The notes: generated by a model not told the origin, from the sequence alone. DNA of 64,000 nucleotides from Octopus bimaculoides (GCF_001194135.2 NC_068995.1:30745779-30809778); one strand, 5' to 3'. Shown: positions 50,539 to 64,000, counted from the stretch's first letter. Numbers and translations are program-made.

Positions 50539-51129
50539 TTGTTAACGCTTTGCCGCTGTTACTAATTCACTTGTTTCCAATTAATTTTAAACACAAAGTT
50601 TATTTCATACTGTATGTTTTAAGTTTCTATTCGTTATATTTTCCTTTGCTCGGGAACGAAGTCAAATTTTATCTCCTCTTAAGTTATATAAATCAATAAA
50701 TTTGAAGACAGATAGTTGGATACTTAGTGTACTTTAACACACCTACATATTTTTATGCGTATTATTTCAATGTCTTTTTCTTTCTGAATCTTTCCCTCCT
50801 CTCTAAAGGTCTCCTAATATTAAGGTTTACTGATGAATGAAGAAGATTGTACTCATTGTATGACATTTATTCATATATTTAAAATTAATATTTATCATTT
50901 AGTAACCAAATCTTAATTCAAACACATACACAGGCATGCATAATAAATTCACGCACATACGTGTATTGTTTTACGGTATTAGGCATTGGCCGGGAAATAG
51001 AGCCCTGTGTTCGTGGCCAACAGGTTGAATAAGAATCATGATAATCCTCCATGAATGTATCATTTCTAAATACAATGTTCATATTATTTATTACAGAGAT
51101 AACAAGGGGCTTGATTTTTTCACTTCCGA

Positions 51130-51465
51130 AAGTTTGCTTCCCAACTACATGGTTCCTGGTTCAGTACCACTGCGTGGTACCTTGGACAAGTGTCTTCTAC
51201 TATAACCTCGGGCCGATCAAACCCTTGTGAGTGGATTTGATAGATGGAAACTGAAAGAAGCCTGTTATATATANNNNNNNNNNTGCACATCACTGCTTGA
51301 CAACCTTGTTGGTGTGTTTACGTCCCCGTAACTTAGAGGTTCAGTAAAAGTGACTGATAGAATAAGTACAGTTTTTAAAAAAGGAACTGAGGTCGATTCA
51401 TTCGACTAAAAGTTCTTCAATTCAGTGCCCCAGCATGGCCACAGTCTAATGACTGAAACAAGATA
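51130..51465 (+). mobile_element. Family B SINE (head plus 3' module)
   Basis: CATGGTTCCTGGTTCAGTACCACTGCGTGGTACCTTGG...GGAAACTGAAAGAAGCC, then the GTTTACGTCCCCGTAACTTAG module. Confidence 0.8.
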
Positions 51466-52119
51466 GACTGTGTACCTGTGTGTATCATCTGTCTTCAAAT
51501 TTTCCATTTCGCATTCAAAAATATGGATATGTGTTTATCCACAATATTCTACATATTACTGTACATTTGTTGTAGGTGTGTTTAAGTCTAATGTTTATAT
51601 GTATATGTGTGCATTTGTTCACTGTTGAGAATATGTGTGCTTGAAATGTGTCGTGTTTGTATCCTGCATGTCTCCATCTTTTTGGTTTTTCAGTAACTTA
51701 ATACTGACAGGGATCGCACACTTCCTGTAGATTGCATTTCCTCAGTACAAACAGGATCTCCCTTGCTGAGGCAGAAATTGCGTGGATCCATTGAATTAGT
51801 TTGTTGAGCTTGCATCCCCCAACCTCCCGCAATTCAAGACTGGGATTTTTTATCATTGAGGTTTACTCCTCTAGGTATGTTTGGTTCATTTTTATATCAC
51901 AGCTAACCTTCATATCTGAAAGCCTTTCCCTTGTCTGCCATCTGGGGACCTAGTGGATGGAAGTTTTCTCCACACTGGGGACTGCCAGAAGATAGTTTGA
52001 CTCAGTCCTCCCTACCAACTGTCTTAGGGGCCTTCTTTTTGAATTCTCTGTAGGGATTTACTCCCTTAGTCTTTCACACTCCTGTGTATATAAGCAGAAA
52101 ATAAAGAAAAAATACAGTG

Positions 52120-53560
52120 GTATATAAGAGAATATAAAAAGAGAGAAGAGAAGAGGTGCAATCTGAATGAAATAATACTGGATTTTGCGAATAAGGTCTT
52201 GCAGAACCAAAGAAATCCAGAGTAGTGGTCCAAGATTGACTTGATCCCAAAATCAGGAAACCTCAGCAATGAAAGTAACTACAAAGAAATTGCACTGTCC
52301 AATATCTCGGTGAAAGTCATCATCCGAATGATCCTCAGCAGGATTCAACTGGTGCTTGATAGCCATCTGAGAGCAAATCAAAATGGATTTAGACTAGGGA
52401 GATCCACAACACCTGAGGCATGTCATAGAAGGAGTTAAATCAAGACAGCTACTTGCTATTATAACCTTCATAGACTTCAGCAAAGCATTTCACAGCTCCA
52501 TCATTACAAAATGTTGAACAGCCTTCAAGAATATGGCATTCCTGAAGAACTTGTTCTTCTCATTGCAAAGACCTATGGGAAGACCAGAGATCATGTTGTC
52601 ATCTGACGGAGAAATGGAATTCTTTCAAATACTAACTTGGATGCTACTAGGAGATACGCTTGCACCTTACCTGTTTGCAGTTGTATTGGATTATGCAATG
52701 CAGTAGGCTATAGACAACAGTCATAAAGACCTTGGTTTCGCCATAGACCAGCAAAGATCAAGAAGAGTACCAGCAATAACCATCACAGACCTGGACTTCA
52801 CAAATGATACTGCACTCATATCTAATGAAATAGATTGAACACAACAGCTACTCAGTAGAATAGAAACATCAACTGCTAAAATAGAACTGCAAATGTCAAG
52901 AAAACTTAATATATGTCTTTCAACCAATCAAGAGATGCTGAACTGTTTTGAACAGTTCCAAATTGAATGTTGCTGAAGACTTCAAGTATTTAGGTAGTTG
53001 AGTGATCAGTTCAGAAGCAGACATCCAGATCGGGAAGGCACAAGCATGGGCAGCTTGTTACAAATTAAAGAGGGTCTGGAGCTCCAAATTGCCAGGCAAA
53101 TCAAAATCAAGCTGTTCATTGCAATTGTCGAATCAGTGCTATTATATAGCAGTGAAACATGGACACTGACACAGAAATTATCAATTGGGCTAAATAGATG
53201 TTACACAAGGATGCTACAAATGACCCTAAATGTGAAATGGCAGTAACATATGACAAATGAATGCCTTTATGGAGATCTGCTAAAAGTTAACAAGAAGATC
53301 AGGCAAAGACAGCTGCAACTATCTGATCACTGCATGTGCCACCCTGAACTGGTACCATTCAGATTAGTCTTGTGGAACCCACTTCATGGTTATGTAAGAA
53401 GAAGGATACCTCATCATACTTATATCGACAACTTGATTGCAGACACTGGCCTGGAATGTATCCAGGATCTAAGGGCAATGATGATTGGCTAAGAAGTGTG
53501 ACAGGTGGACTTTGTTGCTGCAGCCTGGGTTGAAACCTGGCCATAATGATAATAATAATG
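52120..53560 (+). mobile_element. RTE-clade LINE reverse transcriptase region and 3' end with (ATA)n tail, decayed
   Basis: IPKSGNLS..SNY..IAL, NQNGFR.GRST, FIDFSKAF, GDTLAPYLF.VVLDY, DLDFT(A)ND.AL, FKYLGS, ESVLLYSSETWTLT; many stops and frameshifts. Confidence 0.9.
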
Positions 53561-56040
53561 TCACCATGTTAATTTCTGTTATATTTCTATTATTCTTGTT
53601 GTTGAAAAAAAGTAAAAAGCAAAATTTTTCTGGTTTGAGGTTTCTAGAGTGAAGATATGTTCTGGTGTCAAAAGGGCTCATGTTTAAAAGTTCATTTGTC
53701 AAAACGTTTTTGCTTTACAATGGACTGATTTTGCAAAATTTGCAATACACATCAACTTAAATACAGATTCCAAATTCTAACAGCGTGTTTGTGCATGCAT
53801 GTGTTGTATTAAATACATAACAGTGTATTTAATACATACCACTTTATAAATATTTTCCATATTTTTGTGTGAGTTTCTAACAGGTTGTTTAGAACAGTTC
53901 TTAAATCAATCATCATCTTTTCTTGACCTTCATAGACTCATCTTCAGGATGAAGTGAGATCTTGCTTCTTTTTACAATAGGCACAGGCGATGTGATTAAT
54001 GTAAATATTAGCGCCAGAATTTTTCTTTTGACCGTTAAATATTTTAAGAAATCAAAAGAATTGTTGGAAAATATAATAACAAGAATGATTACTATTTAAT
54101 TTTTTCCCTTTTATTTACTAAACACTACAAAACAATAATCCTCTTCCTATCCTTTTGGTAGAATAATACAATAATAATTTCATTCCACGTGGTTTATGAA
54201 TATAAGTTTGGGATACAATAAAACTCAATACAAAATATAATAACAGAACTTAATTTATCAAAGCGATGTTTACATAAATGTGCTTATGAGAATATGCATT
54301 GTTATTTCCATGTTGAGCAATATATAAATATACATAGATACTTGTTTTACAGAGTCAGTGAAATAAGATGTTGCCAAGTCAAATGTGTGTAAGTTAATAA
54401 GAGATCATCAGTAAGAAGAAAGGTCGGATAAATGTACAAGTGATGGTAGGGGTTTTCCTATCAAGACTACACCAAAACGAATGTCTAGCTAGGAGAGAAG
54501 GGGGGAAGTAGTAAATAAAATAGCTTACCACCGCTGTTGGTGACCACTAAGAGATCCAGCACAGAGAGCCGTTTTAACGCCAGAGGATTATACATTTAAG
54601 ACATGACGCGGATAAAATTGTAGAAAATGATTGCTGTCAGATACATGCGTGTCGACCTGAAACGGATAAGAAAAAGCAAAAACGAACGTCAAGACTGAAT
54701 CCATGTTATGGGTGCGGAGGTTCACATTTTGGAAGTACTTGTCCTTTTTAAAATCGTAAATGTTTTGAGTGTGAAAAAATCGGACATAAGAGCTCACATT
54801 GTATAGCGAAACAATAAAAAAAGGGTAAAAAAAAAAAATTCTACAAGGAATGTAACAAAAATTTTAAGAGAGACTCAGAAAAGAAAATTTGTGTCCATAA
54901 AAATGAATAATGTGAATATCACGTTACAATTGGACACCGGCAGTGATGTCACGATAATTAACATAGATACATGGAGAAAAATAGGGAAACCTAGATAAAA
55001 GGAAACTTCAAAAATTGCACGAGGTGTTTCAGGAAAAAAATTGCATTTTGTGGAAAAACTTTGAAAGCCAAAGTTTTTGTGTTGACAAATACAACAAATT
55101 TATTTGGAACAGACAGGATGGAACTATTTAACTTGTGAGATTTTCCCATATATATTTTTTGTGAAAATGTCAATAGTTCTTCCTCCAGTACAAGTAAAGC
55201 GTCGGAGGATTTTAAAAAAGAATTTTTTAAATAATTTTCCCGAAGTTTTTTCTGATGAATTGAGTCTTTGCACCAAAAGAGAGACGAAGTTTCAAGTAAA
55301 AGAAAACGCTATACCGGTTTTTAAACCAAAACGAACGGTACCTTTCGCAGTATTAAAACAAATCAACGAAGAATTGGATAGACTTGAAAAGCTTGGCGTT
55401 ATGAAAAAATGATAACACAAAATGGTCGTCCCCAGCAATTTATGTCAAGAAAAAAAATGAGATCCGAGTATGCGCTGATTTTTCAACGGGATTAAATGAA
55501 TGTTTGATGCCATATAATTACCCGTTACTAAATCCGGAGGAAATTTTCGCGAAGTTAAATGGAGAAAATTTTTTTTCAAAGTTGGACCTATCTAAAGCAT
55601 ATTTGCAGGTAAAAGTCGATGAGGAATGTTCAAAAATATTGACAATAAATACCCATAAAGGATTGTATAAATTTAATCGATTCCCCTTTGGTATAAAGGT
55701 AGGACCTAGCATTTTCCAACAAGCTATGGACATTATGCTCGCAGGTTCGGATTTCGCTGTAGCTTACCTTGATGACATACTCATAAAAAGAGAATCTCGG
55801 GGTCAGCATGCTGAGCATGATAAAAAGGTCTTCGAAAGAATAAAAGATTATGGGTTTAAGCTCAGCGAGGAAAAGTGTGAATTTTTTATGCCAAGAATAA
55901 AATATCTAGGGGCAGATTATTGATGAAAATGGACGCAGACCAGACCCGTTTAGGGCGAGTACAATAAAAAATATACCTGCCCCAACAAACATTACAACGT
56001 TACAAGCATTTTTAGGGCTCGCAAATTATTACCTGGGATA

Positions 56041-57090
56041 TGTAGTGAAACTACCTAACGCCATTAGATACAAAACTGCTATCGCCATTCTTTTCATTTA
56101 AATATAAATAAACGCGGGCGTAGCAGAGAACCCATTCCTTGTCATCACGTGACTGATTAATATTCGAAGCGGCAACTTCTTCGAACCGTTCCCGCCAGAA
56201 CGCAAACTGACCAATCACAGCCCTTAATAAGGTCACGTGATAGTGTTTTTCTGCTACCGTCGTGGAGCCCTCTTAACGCTTTAAATAGAGCAACTCATAC
56301 CCAACAAATTGGTCTCGGTTCAGTTTCTCTTAGAGACTGTTCCGTGTACCACACGACAGCAGCAGCAACAATCAGCCAGCGACCACTTCAACAGCTTCGT
56401 CCAGCCACATCAGCAACATGAGTCTACGACTACTGGCCAGCATCATCGTCATGACCAACACGATTACTACCAAGCAGCCTCTTCACCACCAGCGTCTACA
56501 CGACTTACTATGTACACCAAATTAAACCACCGCGGCACATCTCTCTCTCTTCGATTCTGTTAGGTGACTCAGCTTCACCACGATAAATAAACAGACAAGA
56601 GATCTCAGCCAGCGACGAACATCTGTATAACAAGAATCACGGCCCGGCATCGATGCCATGACATCACAACTAGTGATCAGCTCTGCCACACACAGCCAAC
56701 TCACTTCACATACAGACTCATACTATTGTGTACACAAGAACTGGTATAAAATGCTCACGTGTTATTGACTCTCTTTCTATCTGCTGTAAACACTACATAC
56801 TTTTCTTTGTATGACGGCCTGTCTTTGATTATGTTCTTATATGTCGCATTCACACTTTCACATAGATATACATCTTTAACGCTACAATAAATATCTCTGT
56901 TATTCATCTTATACGGTTGTGGTCTTTCATTACTGGTCATCTATGTTATCGTAGCATAACATCATGTATATCATCTCTGATATATATTATTTTGTTGTTC
57001 GACCGTGCGACACGTTTAAATAAAAGGAGTCCTCTGTTTTTCCATTCGTCACCATTTCTCCTTTTTGAGTTCGCACGGTCGTTCCTTACA
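56041..57090 (+). mobile_element. Solo LTR-like insertion (1050 bp) nested in Gypsy pol
   Basis: TGTA...TACA termini; 4-bp TSD GATA/TATA. Removal restores ANYY-LG-YIPNMHDLKAPL in frame. AATAAA at 57019. Confidence 0.8.
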
Positions 57091-58957
57091 TATACATACC
57101 GAATATGCACGATTTAAAAGCACCCCTGAATAACTTGTTAAAAAAAGACGTCAAGTGGAACTGGTCAGACAAATGCTAAAAATATTTTGAAATTATAAAC
57201 GTCTTAACGCCGGAATTGTCGTTATCACATTTTGACCCGAATTTAGAAAGAGTGGTGGCAGCAGATGCTAGTGAAGGTGGTATTGGAGCTGTGATTTTTA
57301 CACAAATATGGAAATGGTAGCTTGAAAGCAGTAGCTCATGCTTCGCATTCATTATTGTAGGCTGAGAAAAGTTACAGTCAAATACAAAAAGAGGCATTAG
57401 CCATCATATTTGCGGTAAAAAAAAATTCCATAAATTTATAGCTGAAAGAAGGTTCCGTCTGCAGACAGACTACCGCCATTATTGTCGATCTATGGATAAA
57501 AAAAAAAGGGTATCCCTAAACATACAGCCAACAGATTGCAGCACTGGAGAACGATCCTACTGAATTACGACTTGAGAATGGAGTATTTGCCATCGAAAAA
57601 ATTGGGACATGCAGATGATTTGTCAAGGTTAATACCAAAATACAGTGAACCACTAGAAGACAGTGATAGCGGCGTTAAAAACCGAAAAGGAAATAGAAAA
57701 TATATTGTGAAATGTTGTGCGTGGATTGCCTGTGACATTGGAGGAAATAAAAATTAAGGCAGAGATGGACGAGTTTATCATAAAAATGGGGAAAAAATAA
57801 TGAGATCAGAAGAAACAAATAAAAAAAGAATATGTGTAGCTGGACGTAACACAGTTTCGAATTTGTGTTCGATATGTGATAATGTGCTTATGTATACACA
57901 GAGGGTCGTAATGCCTACCACACTACAAGGTCGAAAGTTAAAGGAATTCCACACTGGACATCCAGGAATTTCTATGATGAAGTCGCTTATGAGGAATAAT
58001 GTTTACTGGTCAAAAATAGATCTAGATAATGCGCAGTTGCAAATCTTGCAGCGAAATCACCACCAATAAAATTTCAACCTTGGCCTAAGAGCGATATTCC
58101 ATGGTTCAGACTACATTTAGACTTAACAGGACCGTTAAACTGATCATATTATCCAGTAGTGGTAGATAGCCTTACTAAATGGCCAGAAATGTGCAAATGT
58201 AGAAAATAGACATCCACGGTAACAGTGGAATTTCTACACGAACTTTTTTGCTCGGTATGGTGTCCCGGATACCATAGTCTCCGATAACGGTACACAGTTC
58301 ACGGTGAATGAATTTAAGAATTTTTGCAAGATGTACTCAATTGAACATATTACTACTCCTCCGTATCACTCAAGATCAAACGGGCAAGCAGAAAGAGCAT
58401 TAAAGAAATCAAGAAACGAGCTAGCCGATGACGCAGCATTTTCTTTCAGGCAAGTCGCCGGCGGAACTAATGTTTACTCAAAAAATAAAGTTAATTTTGA
58501 CAAGCTGTTACCAGTTAGAAAAACAAATAGGGAAAACACTAAATATACGACAAAGCATTTTAATATCGGTGACAAGGTGTTTTTCAAAATATATAAAAAT
58601 GGAAGACGGAGTAGTAGCAAAACGAAAATGTAAAATGACATATATGATAAGAGGCGAAAAATGGGAACACAAAAGACATTTAAACCAGCTAAAAAAATAG
58701 ATATACAGAAAATAGAAGAGATACCCATGGAAGTGTTCTGTGACACTTTTGATGTTCCAACACCACAAGAAATCGAACCTAGGCTTAACAGCACAAGAAA
58801 GAGGAAACAAACAGAACGGTTGGAAGTTGTGCCTAAACGGAAGAAATATTAAACTTCCCTAGGAGAAAAATCTCAAAAAAGGAGATGTAAAGAAAAAAAA
58901 TAAATAAAAATGATAATATTAACTTCCGAAAGAAGTCAATCTCAAAGGGGGAGATAT

Positions 58958-59266
58958 TGTGGCGAGAGCCATTGACACCCCAGGGAGATTGGATGAATGG
59001 ACTAGCCGAGCTCTTATAAAGAGTAGCGTATTGGTTGAGACAAGAGGTTGGGAGGAGAGGGCATTTTGTTTGTCTCGCGGTGTCGTGTGAACACATTGAT
59101 TTTACCTCCGCATCGTTAAATTATACATCCAACATTTGTCTAGGATATAAAAGATAGTCAAGGCATTATTTCCGCCTCTCACTCGAAGCTGATCTCTTCT
59201 GTTAGTAATGTAATTACAAACGACGTTCGTGTCTAGCACATCACTTTACACTACTAGCAAGCCACA
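58958..59266 (+). mobile_element. LTR (309 bp), probable 3' LTR of the Gypsy element
   Basis: Termini TGTGGC...GCCACA (perfect 6-bp inverted), preceded by polypurine tract AAAGGGGGAGA. Confidence 0.7.
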
Positions 59267-60893
59267 ATTAAAATTGCATACATTGCGATAAACTTCGATA
59301 AAAATATGTTATTTCAACAACGTTCGGCATTGGTTTATAATGGGACACACGCAGCTGAACTTAATACCAATCAATAAATACCCATTCAACCTGCCCGACA
59401 ATTGTGACGCCTGAAGTCCACTGCCTATCCTCATACCAATGTATAAACACTCATTAACTAACACGATAATGTTGGCCGCGGTGCTCAGCCAGCATAACAA
59501 AACGATAACTCTGATTCACGACGGCCAGCCGGCAGAAAAAAAACAAACTCTTAGATTGGAAACTGACACTACGAGGAGATGCTGAAAAGTTTGTAGCAAG
59601 CCTGTTCACAGTTTACCCACATTTTGGCTCATCATCATTGTTTTCTGCAGACGGTCACACGACCATACCCGTTGGTGCCGATTGGAAGCTTTAAGTCAAC
59701 CTATCAGACCACTTGCCCGACCAGAAAAGTGTGGTCTGTTTGAACCAACCCTTAGCTATTTAAGAATGCTTTTTCCCTCTATTTTCTTCAATGAAGTGGG
59801 TCGTCACGATGGAGTTCGGATGTTTGGTATAGAGCAAGTTTTATTCCGCTATGCACTACCAGTGAGGAGAGAATTGCCAGCAGGGATTTTTGTCGCCATG
59901 CTTTGTGTTTTTCTCGCGCACAGCCTCATGTTCAAGCTGCACGCGGAACCAATGTATTTTTATTAACAAAATTATTCATGTGTACCATTTGCTGTATTTT
60001 CCTTTAGCGGCGAAATAAATGTGGCAGTCAACTTTAACTTGTGTCTTCGTATATCTTGACGCGCTTTATCATGACTCGTTCGAAACCAGAAGATTATATT
60101 ACCAGGGCCTTAGCCACATTCACTCTTTACCACCACGCTAAAACTTCTTGGCTTTAACGGTATCTCGAAACGTCTGGTTGGAGGCCCACCCTTCCGAGTT
60201 CTTTTGCAAGCTTAGAAAAAATGAAGGACTGCTGCAGTAAGTGTGTCAATCTGAGAAGAAAATATGTTGAATAAAATCATAATTAATTGATCCTCCTGTA
60301 TTTTCTTTTACCTAAAATTAGGAACTTTTCAGCACCCCCTTGTGGGAAAAGTAGTCAATGCAAGCCATATTCAAAATCAGTATTTTTCCAGGAAGTGAAT
60401 CGACGACTAGTCTATGCGAAATAGCAGTTAATACAAACAATTCATAGACGAAGAAGACTATTTTTATAATTCATGGTATCGAAACAAACTTCATTCAAAG
60501 CTGTTTTTTTTTTTTAAGGTGGTTGCAGAAGCAATCAGTATTTGATTTTTCTTTTTACTTTCTTTTTGCTACGAAATGTCAACTCCAACCGCTTTTACTG
60601 GGGCCACAGCCAATCCATGCAAGCTGCATTGTCCTATTCTATATCACGCTGTACAAGTGATGCAGTGGTGTGATTTGCACATGTAGGGATTTGAACCCCA
60701 AACGCGAAATTACTAGTTTGATGTCATGATTGAACCGTATCATAAGCACGTGGAAAACCTAAAAATCGACTGATTAGTTTGAAGCTGTGTCGTATGTTCT
60801 TTTTACTAGTTAAGCAGTTTGGTGTCGTCTAAATCACGGCATAGCGCTGTTGGCAATTCAAGCAGGAAAAATTTTGGCTCTCACCAAACAAAC

Positions 60894-60926
<33 letters not shown>

Positions 60927-61079
60927 CCTTTAACAAGTATCGACAGACTCATATCTTTTTCTCTCTCACTTTCTAGATAGCAAATAGCCAAGCAAATATA
61001 GTTAAATCAAAACCTACATCTTAGTTACCAGTGGGGATTTGATAATTTATATATGTATACACCCCTAGCCTTCCCTTGG

Positions 61080-62581
61080 AAAAGTTTCCTGACATCACTC
61101 GCACTGCGTTCAGTGATAGGAAGCATGTACACTCGGCGACGCAGCACATATTCACAAAAGATCTTTATGTTTTTGCGCGACCAAAATAAACTGAAAATTA
61201 CGAAGTATGAATTCGGCCACATATTGGAACCTGGAATAACTCCACCATTCTGGCTCCTCTGCTGCACATAATTCTAAAGAAAACTGGCGAAGATTGATGA
61301 CCTTGTGAAGATTATAGATTAAATGCTTTAACTGTTCCGGATAGGTATCCTATTCATAACATTCATGATTTCTGAGCTTCTTTATATAGTTGTACCGTTT
61401 TATCCAGAATTTCCTTAGTTTGCGCTTATAATCAGATTGTCAAAAATTACTGTAACTACCTAAACGATTTATATATAGCAAATAAATGAGAGGAAGAAAA
61501 TATAATTAATTGAAATAGCCCTTTATTTCACTGTCATCGTTTCAATATCGAAAACAAATTTTTCGAGCTGTTATTGTTTTCCATTCTGTAGGTAGTTAAG
61601 TTCATCTTTTTTTGACCGCTAGGAGAACGAATGGAAGAAATAAAAGAGTAAAATAATCTACCTGTGTTGACTAGTAGAGAGAGTGAAAGTTGTGTAGTCC
61701 CTCCTATGAAGTGTTTCTTCCGTCGGCGCCAAAATGAAAGAAGGAAGAACTGAATTTGGGTTCCATATTTATATTTTCTCTAAATTAGGTCATGCTAAAC
61801 AAAGGATATTTCATGTCTTATCCGCCTTAACTGAAGTTACTCTCGAATTGTTACAGTTAAAGAATAGAACTTATCCAAGTTGATAGTTGACCCTCATAAA
61901 TTTCCTAGTGTAAAAGCCGAGAGCAATATGAAACGAATCCGAGAAAAATCTAGGTTAGATTTCGAATCTTGGCTAAGAATCTAAGAAGCTATTCGTTCCT
62001 ACGTCGTCAAAGGAAGTTGCGAGAGTTCCTCGGCTTTATAAACTTCTATAGGTGGTTCATTTCGCACTGTACAGAGACCATTTATCCGTTAGCGGAATTA
62101 CTACATAATCGTAAACGGAAAAAAGGTGAACATCTTCTTTCCAACAGAATTACAACCTTTTAACGACATAAAAGAGAAATTAACTAAAGTTACCCTATTA
62201 GTCCACCCGATACCAGATGCACTTTTGTCCCTTGTGATAGATGCATCTAACGTAGGAATTGGTGGAATGCTGCAACAGTTTGTCCAGAATTCTTGGCAAC
62301 CTCTTCCTTTCTTCTTGAAGTGTTTGGAGTCGTCCGAAACAAGATAAAGTATCTTCAGGTGCGAATTGTTGGCCGCTTTTTTGTCAGTAAAACACTTTCA
62401 TCATTTCCTGAAAGGAAGAAGCTTTATTATTTATTTTGATCATAAGCTATTAACTTCTGAGTTACGGTCCAAAACGGACAAATATTCCCCACTGGACATC
62501 AGACACCTTGATTGTATTTCACAATTTACTGTGAATATGCGTCATATCAATGGTTCTAAAAATTGTGCATCAGATGGATGA
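61080..62581 (+). mobile_element. Second Gypsy pol remnant: RT N-terminus (~61080-61445) and RT/RNase H (~61950-62581)
   Basis: DY RLNALTVPDRYPI, LREFLGFINFYRWFI, DASNVGIGGMLQQ, DHKLL..; heavily frameshifted. Confidence 0.8.
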
Positions 62582-63047
62582 TCAATTAATTTCGGACTCT
62601 TTTGGGCAAACATTTGAGCATGATTTATTGTGCTGTATTAGTATGAAATGATGTTCATGCTTTGCAATTCATATATAGAAACAGTAAGGTAGAAATAGCA
62701 TTATATGATATGCAAAGACAATGTCTATTTGAAGTTTAAACATATTAAGCAAATATACAGATGCCTTGTCATGTCAGTTTCTTCGATATCCTCGATTGAA
62801 TAGGCAGCCATTAAAACAGCTATATAGAGAGTGTGCAATTTGAAGTTTAGCCCAAGATACTCTGAAATTGGCGAAAGTAGAGAACATCATACCGGCTCGG
62901 ACGTCTACAACACTGCAAAGCGCGGAAAATAATTCACATTATTTATAGGCTGTGTTTGTGGAAAGTTCTAGACGAGTTAAGGAACTATCAAATGAACAAC
63001 AGGGTTACGCACATGACCAAACCGTAATTGAATTGTGATTTGAAAGT

Positions 63048-64000
63048 CATACAGGTATTTGGTGGTAACCTTGAATGAAGCTGACTTTCGAGAAAATTGA
63101 GCACCAGGCTAACTGGGTTGAGAAGACTTGTACATGTGGAATGGGGTAGCGGTCAGGTGTAGTGTTTTTGTTGAGACGGCGATAATCTCCGCAAGATCAC
63201 AAATTTCCGTTGGGTTTTGGTGCCACATGTAGAGGTGATGACCAAGAACTGTTTGATCGACAAACGATACCCAAAGCTTCCATATTGTCGAACTCGGTCC
63301 TCGCAATAGCAAGTTTGTCCGGTGGCAGACGACGCGCGTGAGTGTGTACTGGAGGGCCGGTAGTTGGGATGTGGTGTTTCACACCATGCCGAGTTGTGGT
63401 TTTGGAGAATGTCGGGGTAGTTAGATATGGGCGGTTCACAAGGAAGTCAGAGAACTCGTTCTTGGTATGAAAGACGGCTACTATGCGAGGGGCGGCATGT
63501 GCAGGTATTGCTAGAGAAATAGAGGTATAGGTGTTGTTGTTGACGAGTCGTCTCCCCTGAAGATCTACCAGCAGTGAAAGGGACCGAAGAAAGTCTGCTC
63601 CGATAATAGACTGGTGGACATCAGCGACGGTGAATGCCCATGTATACGCTTGTGAGCCGATGTGAAGGGAGATAATGCGGCGTCTGTACACTTTGATCGT
63701 GGAACCATTGGTAGCTGCTAAAGGCTGGCCGTGTTCTCCTTAATGGATGTCCCTTGCGGATGATAGCATAACGCTGACTTCTACTTCCGTGTCGATTGGG
63801 AATCTTCGCCAGGAGATCTGATTGTCGACATACAAGAGCAGTTGATATGTATGCCGGTCACCAGGATGCTTAACGGCGGCTTGCTCTGAAGTTTCCCGGA
63901 GCTGATGTCAAAGAGCTCTTGACACTGTATGGTTGTTTACACTCGTTAGCTCTTGATCTGAACTTCTTGTGATAAAACACAAATCGCACCGTGTAACCTT
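63048..64000 (-). mobile_element. Third Gypsy remnant (gag C-terminus, protease, RT N-terminus), running off the window
   Basis: C.LCFYHKKF...A.EC (gag end), IIGADFLR, TGPPVH.HARRLPPDKL.IAR.EF..M..LGIVCRSNSSWSSPLHVAPK, GYHQIPV. Confidence 0.88.

Larger units (their letters stand above)
54600..59266 (+). mobile_element. Ty3/Gypsy LTR retrotransposon, 5'-truncated and decayed: gag zinc knuckles, protease, RT, RNase H, integrase, PPT, 3' LTR
   Basis: Two CX2CX3-4HX4C knuckles (~54700-54805); LDTGS (54930); YLDD (55765); DAS.GGIGAV (RNase H); HTGHPG, SDNGTQF, SNGQAER (integrase). Confidence 0.92.

Noticed and set aside
51690-52080. RTE 5' UTR joined to RT by an internal deletion
   Set aside because: Only a vague resemblance; not supportable without a consensus.
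54186-54277. E-box (54186) plus D-box-like TTACATAA (54270); isolated CACGTG at 43760, 49130 and 60747; D-box at ~15153
   Set aside because: Isolated short motifs compatible with chance in this base composition.
54360-54548. 5' LTR and primer-binding site (TGGTGACC) for the Gypsy element
   Set aside because: The upstream sequence does not match the 309-bp LTR and most of gag is missing.

Overview
AT-rich, repeat-dense animal genomic DNA with nine N gaps, most likely a coleoid cephalopod such as Octopus (inferred from the repeat landscape). The only host gene I can support is a mammalian-type (type II) cryptochrome on the minus strand. I mapped nine coding exons at splice-site resolution: 46248-46079, 32374-32266, 28359-28217, 26973-26789, 26481-26393, 24293-24123, 22795-22655, 21842-21691 and 19196-18997. 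Exon 6 is absent from the called sequence and very probably lies in the gap 25251-25594, where a GTGAGT donor abuts the gap edge. The C-terminal tail is unresolved: the frame may stop by read-through at 18989, or splice to in-phase candidate exons at 12871-12774 or 7510-7401. Upstream of the ATG are candidate clock cis-elements: a proximal E-box/E'-box pair, and a distal cluster of E-boxes plus a perfect CRE. Beyond them is a cluster of decayed retroelements (CR1/L2 and RTE LINEs, three Ty3/Gypsy fragments, and a solo LTR nested in a Gypsy pol that carries three CACGTG). Introns hold many SINEs and MITEs, several forming long fold-backs. I found no novel protein-coding system and no CRISPR array; the best leads concern regulation and isoforms of this clock gene.
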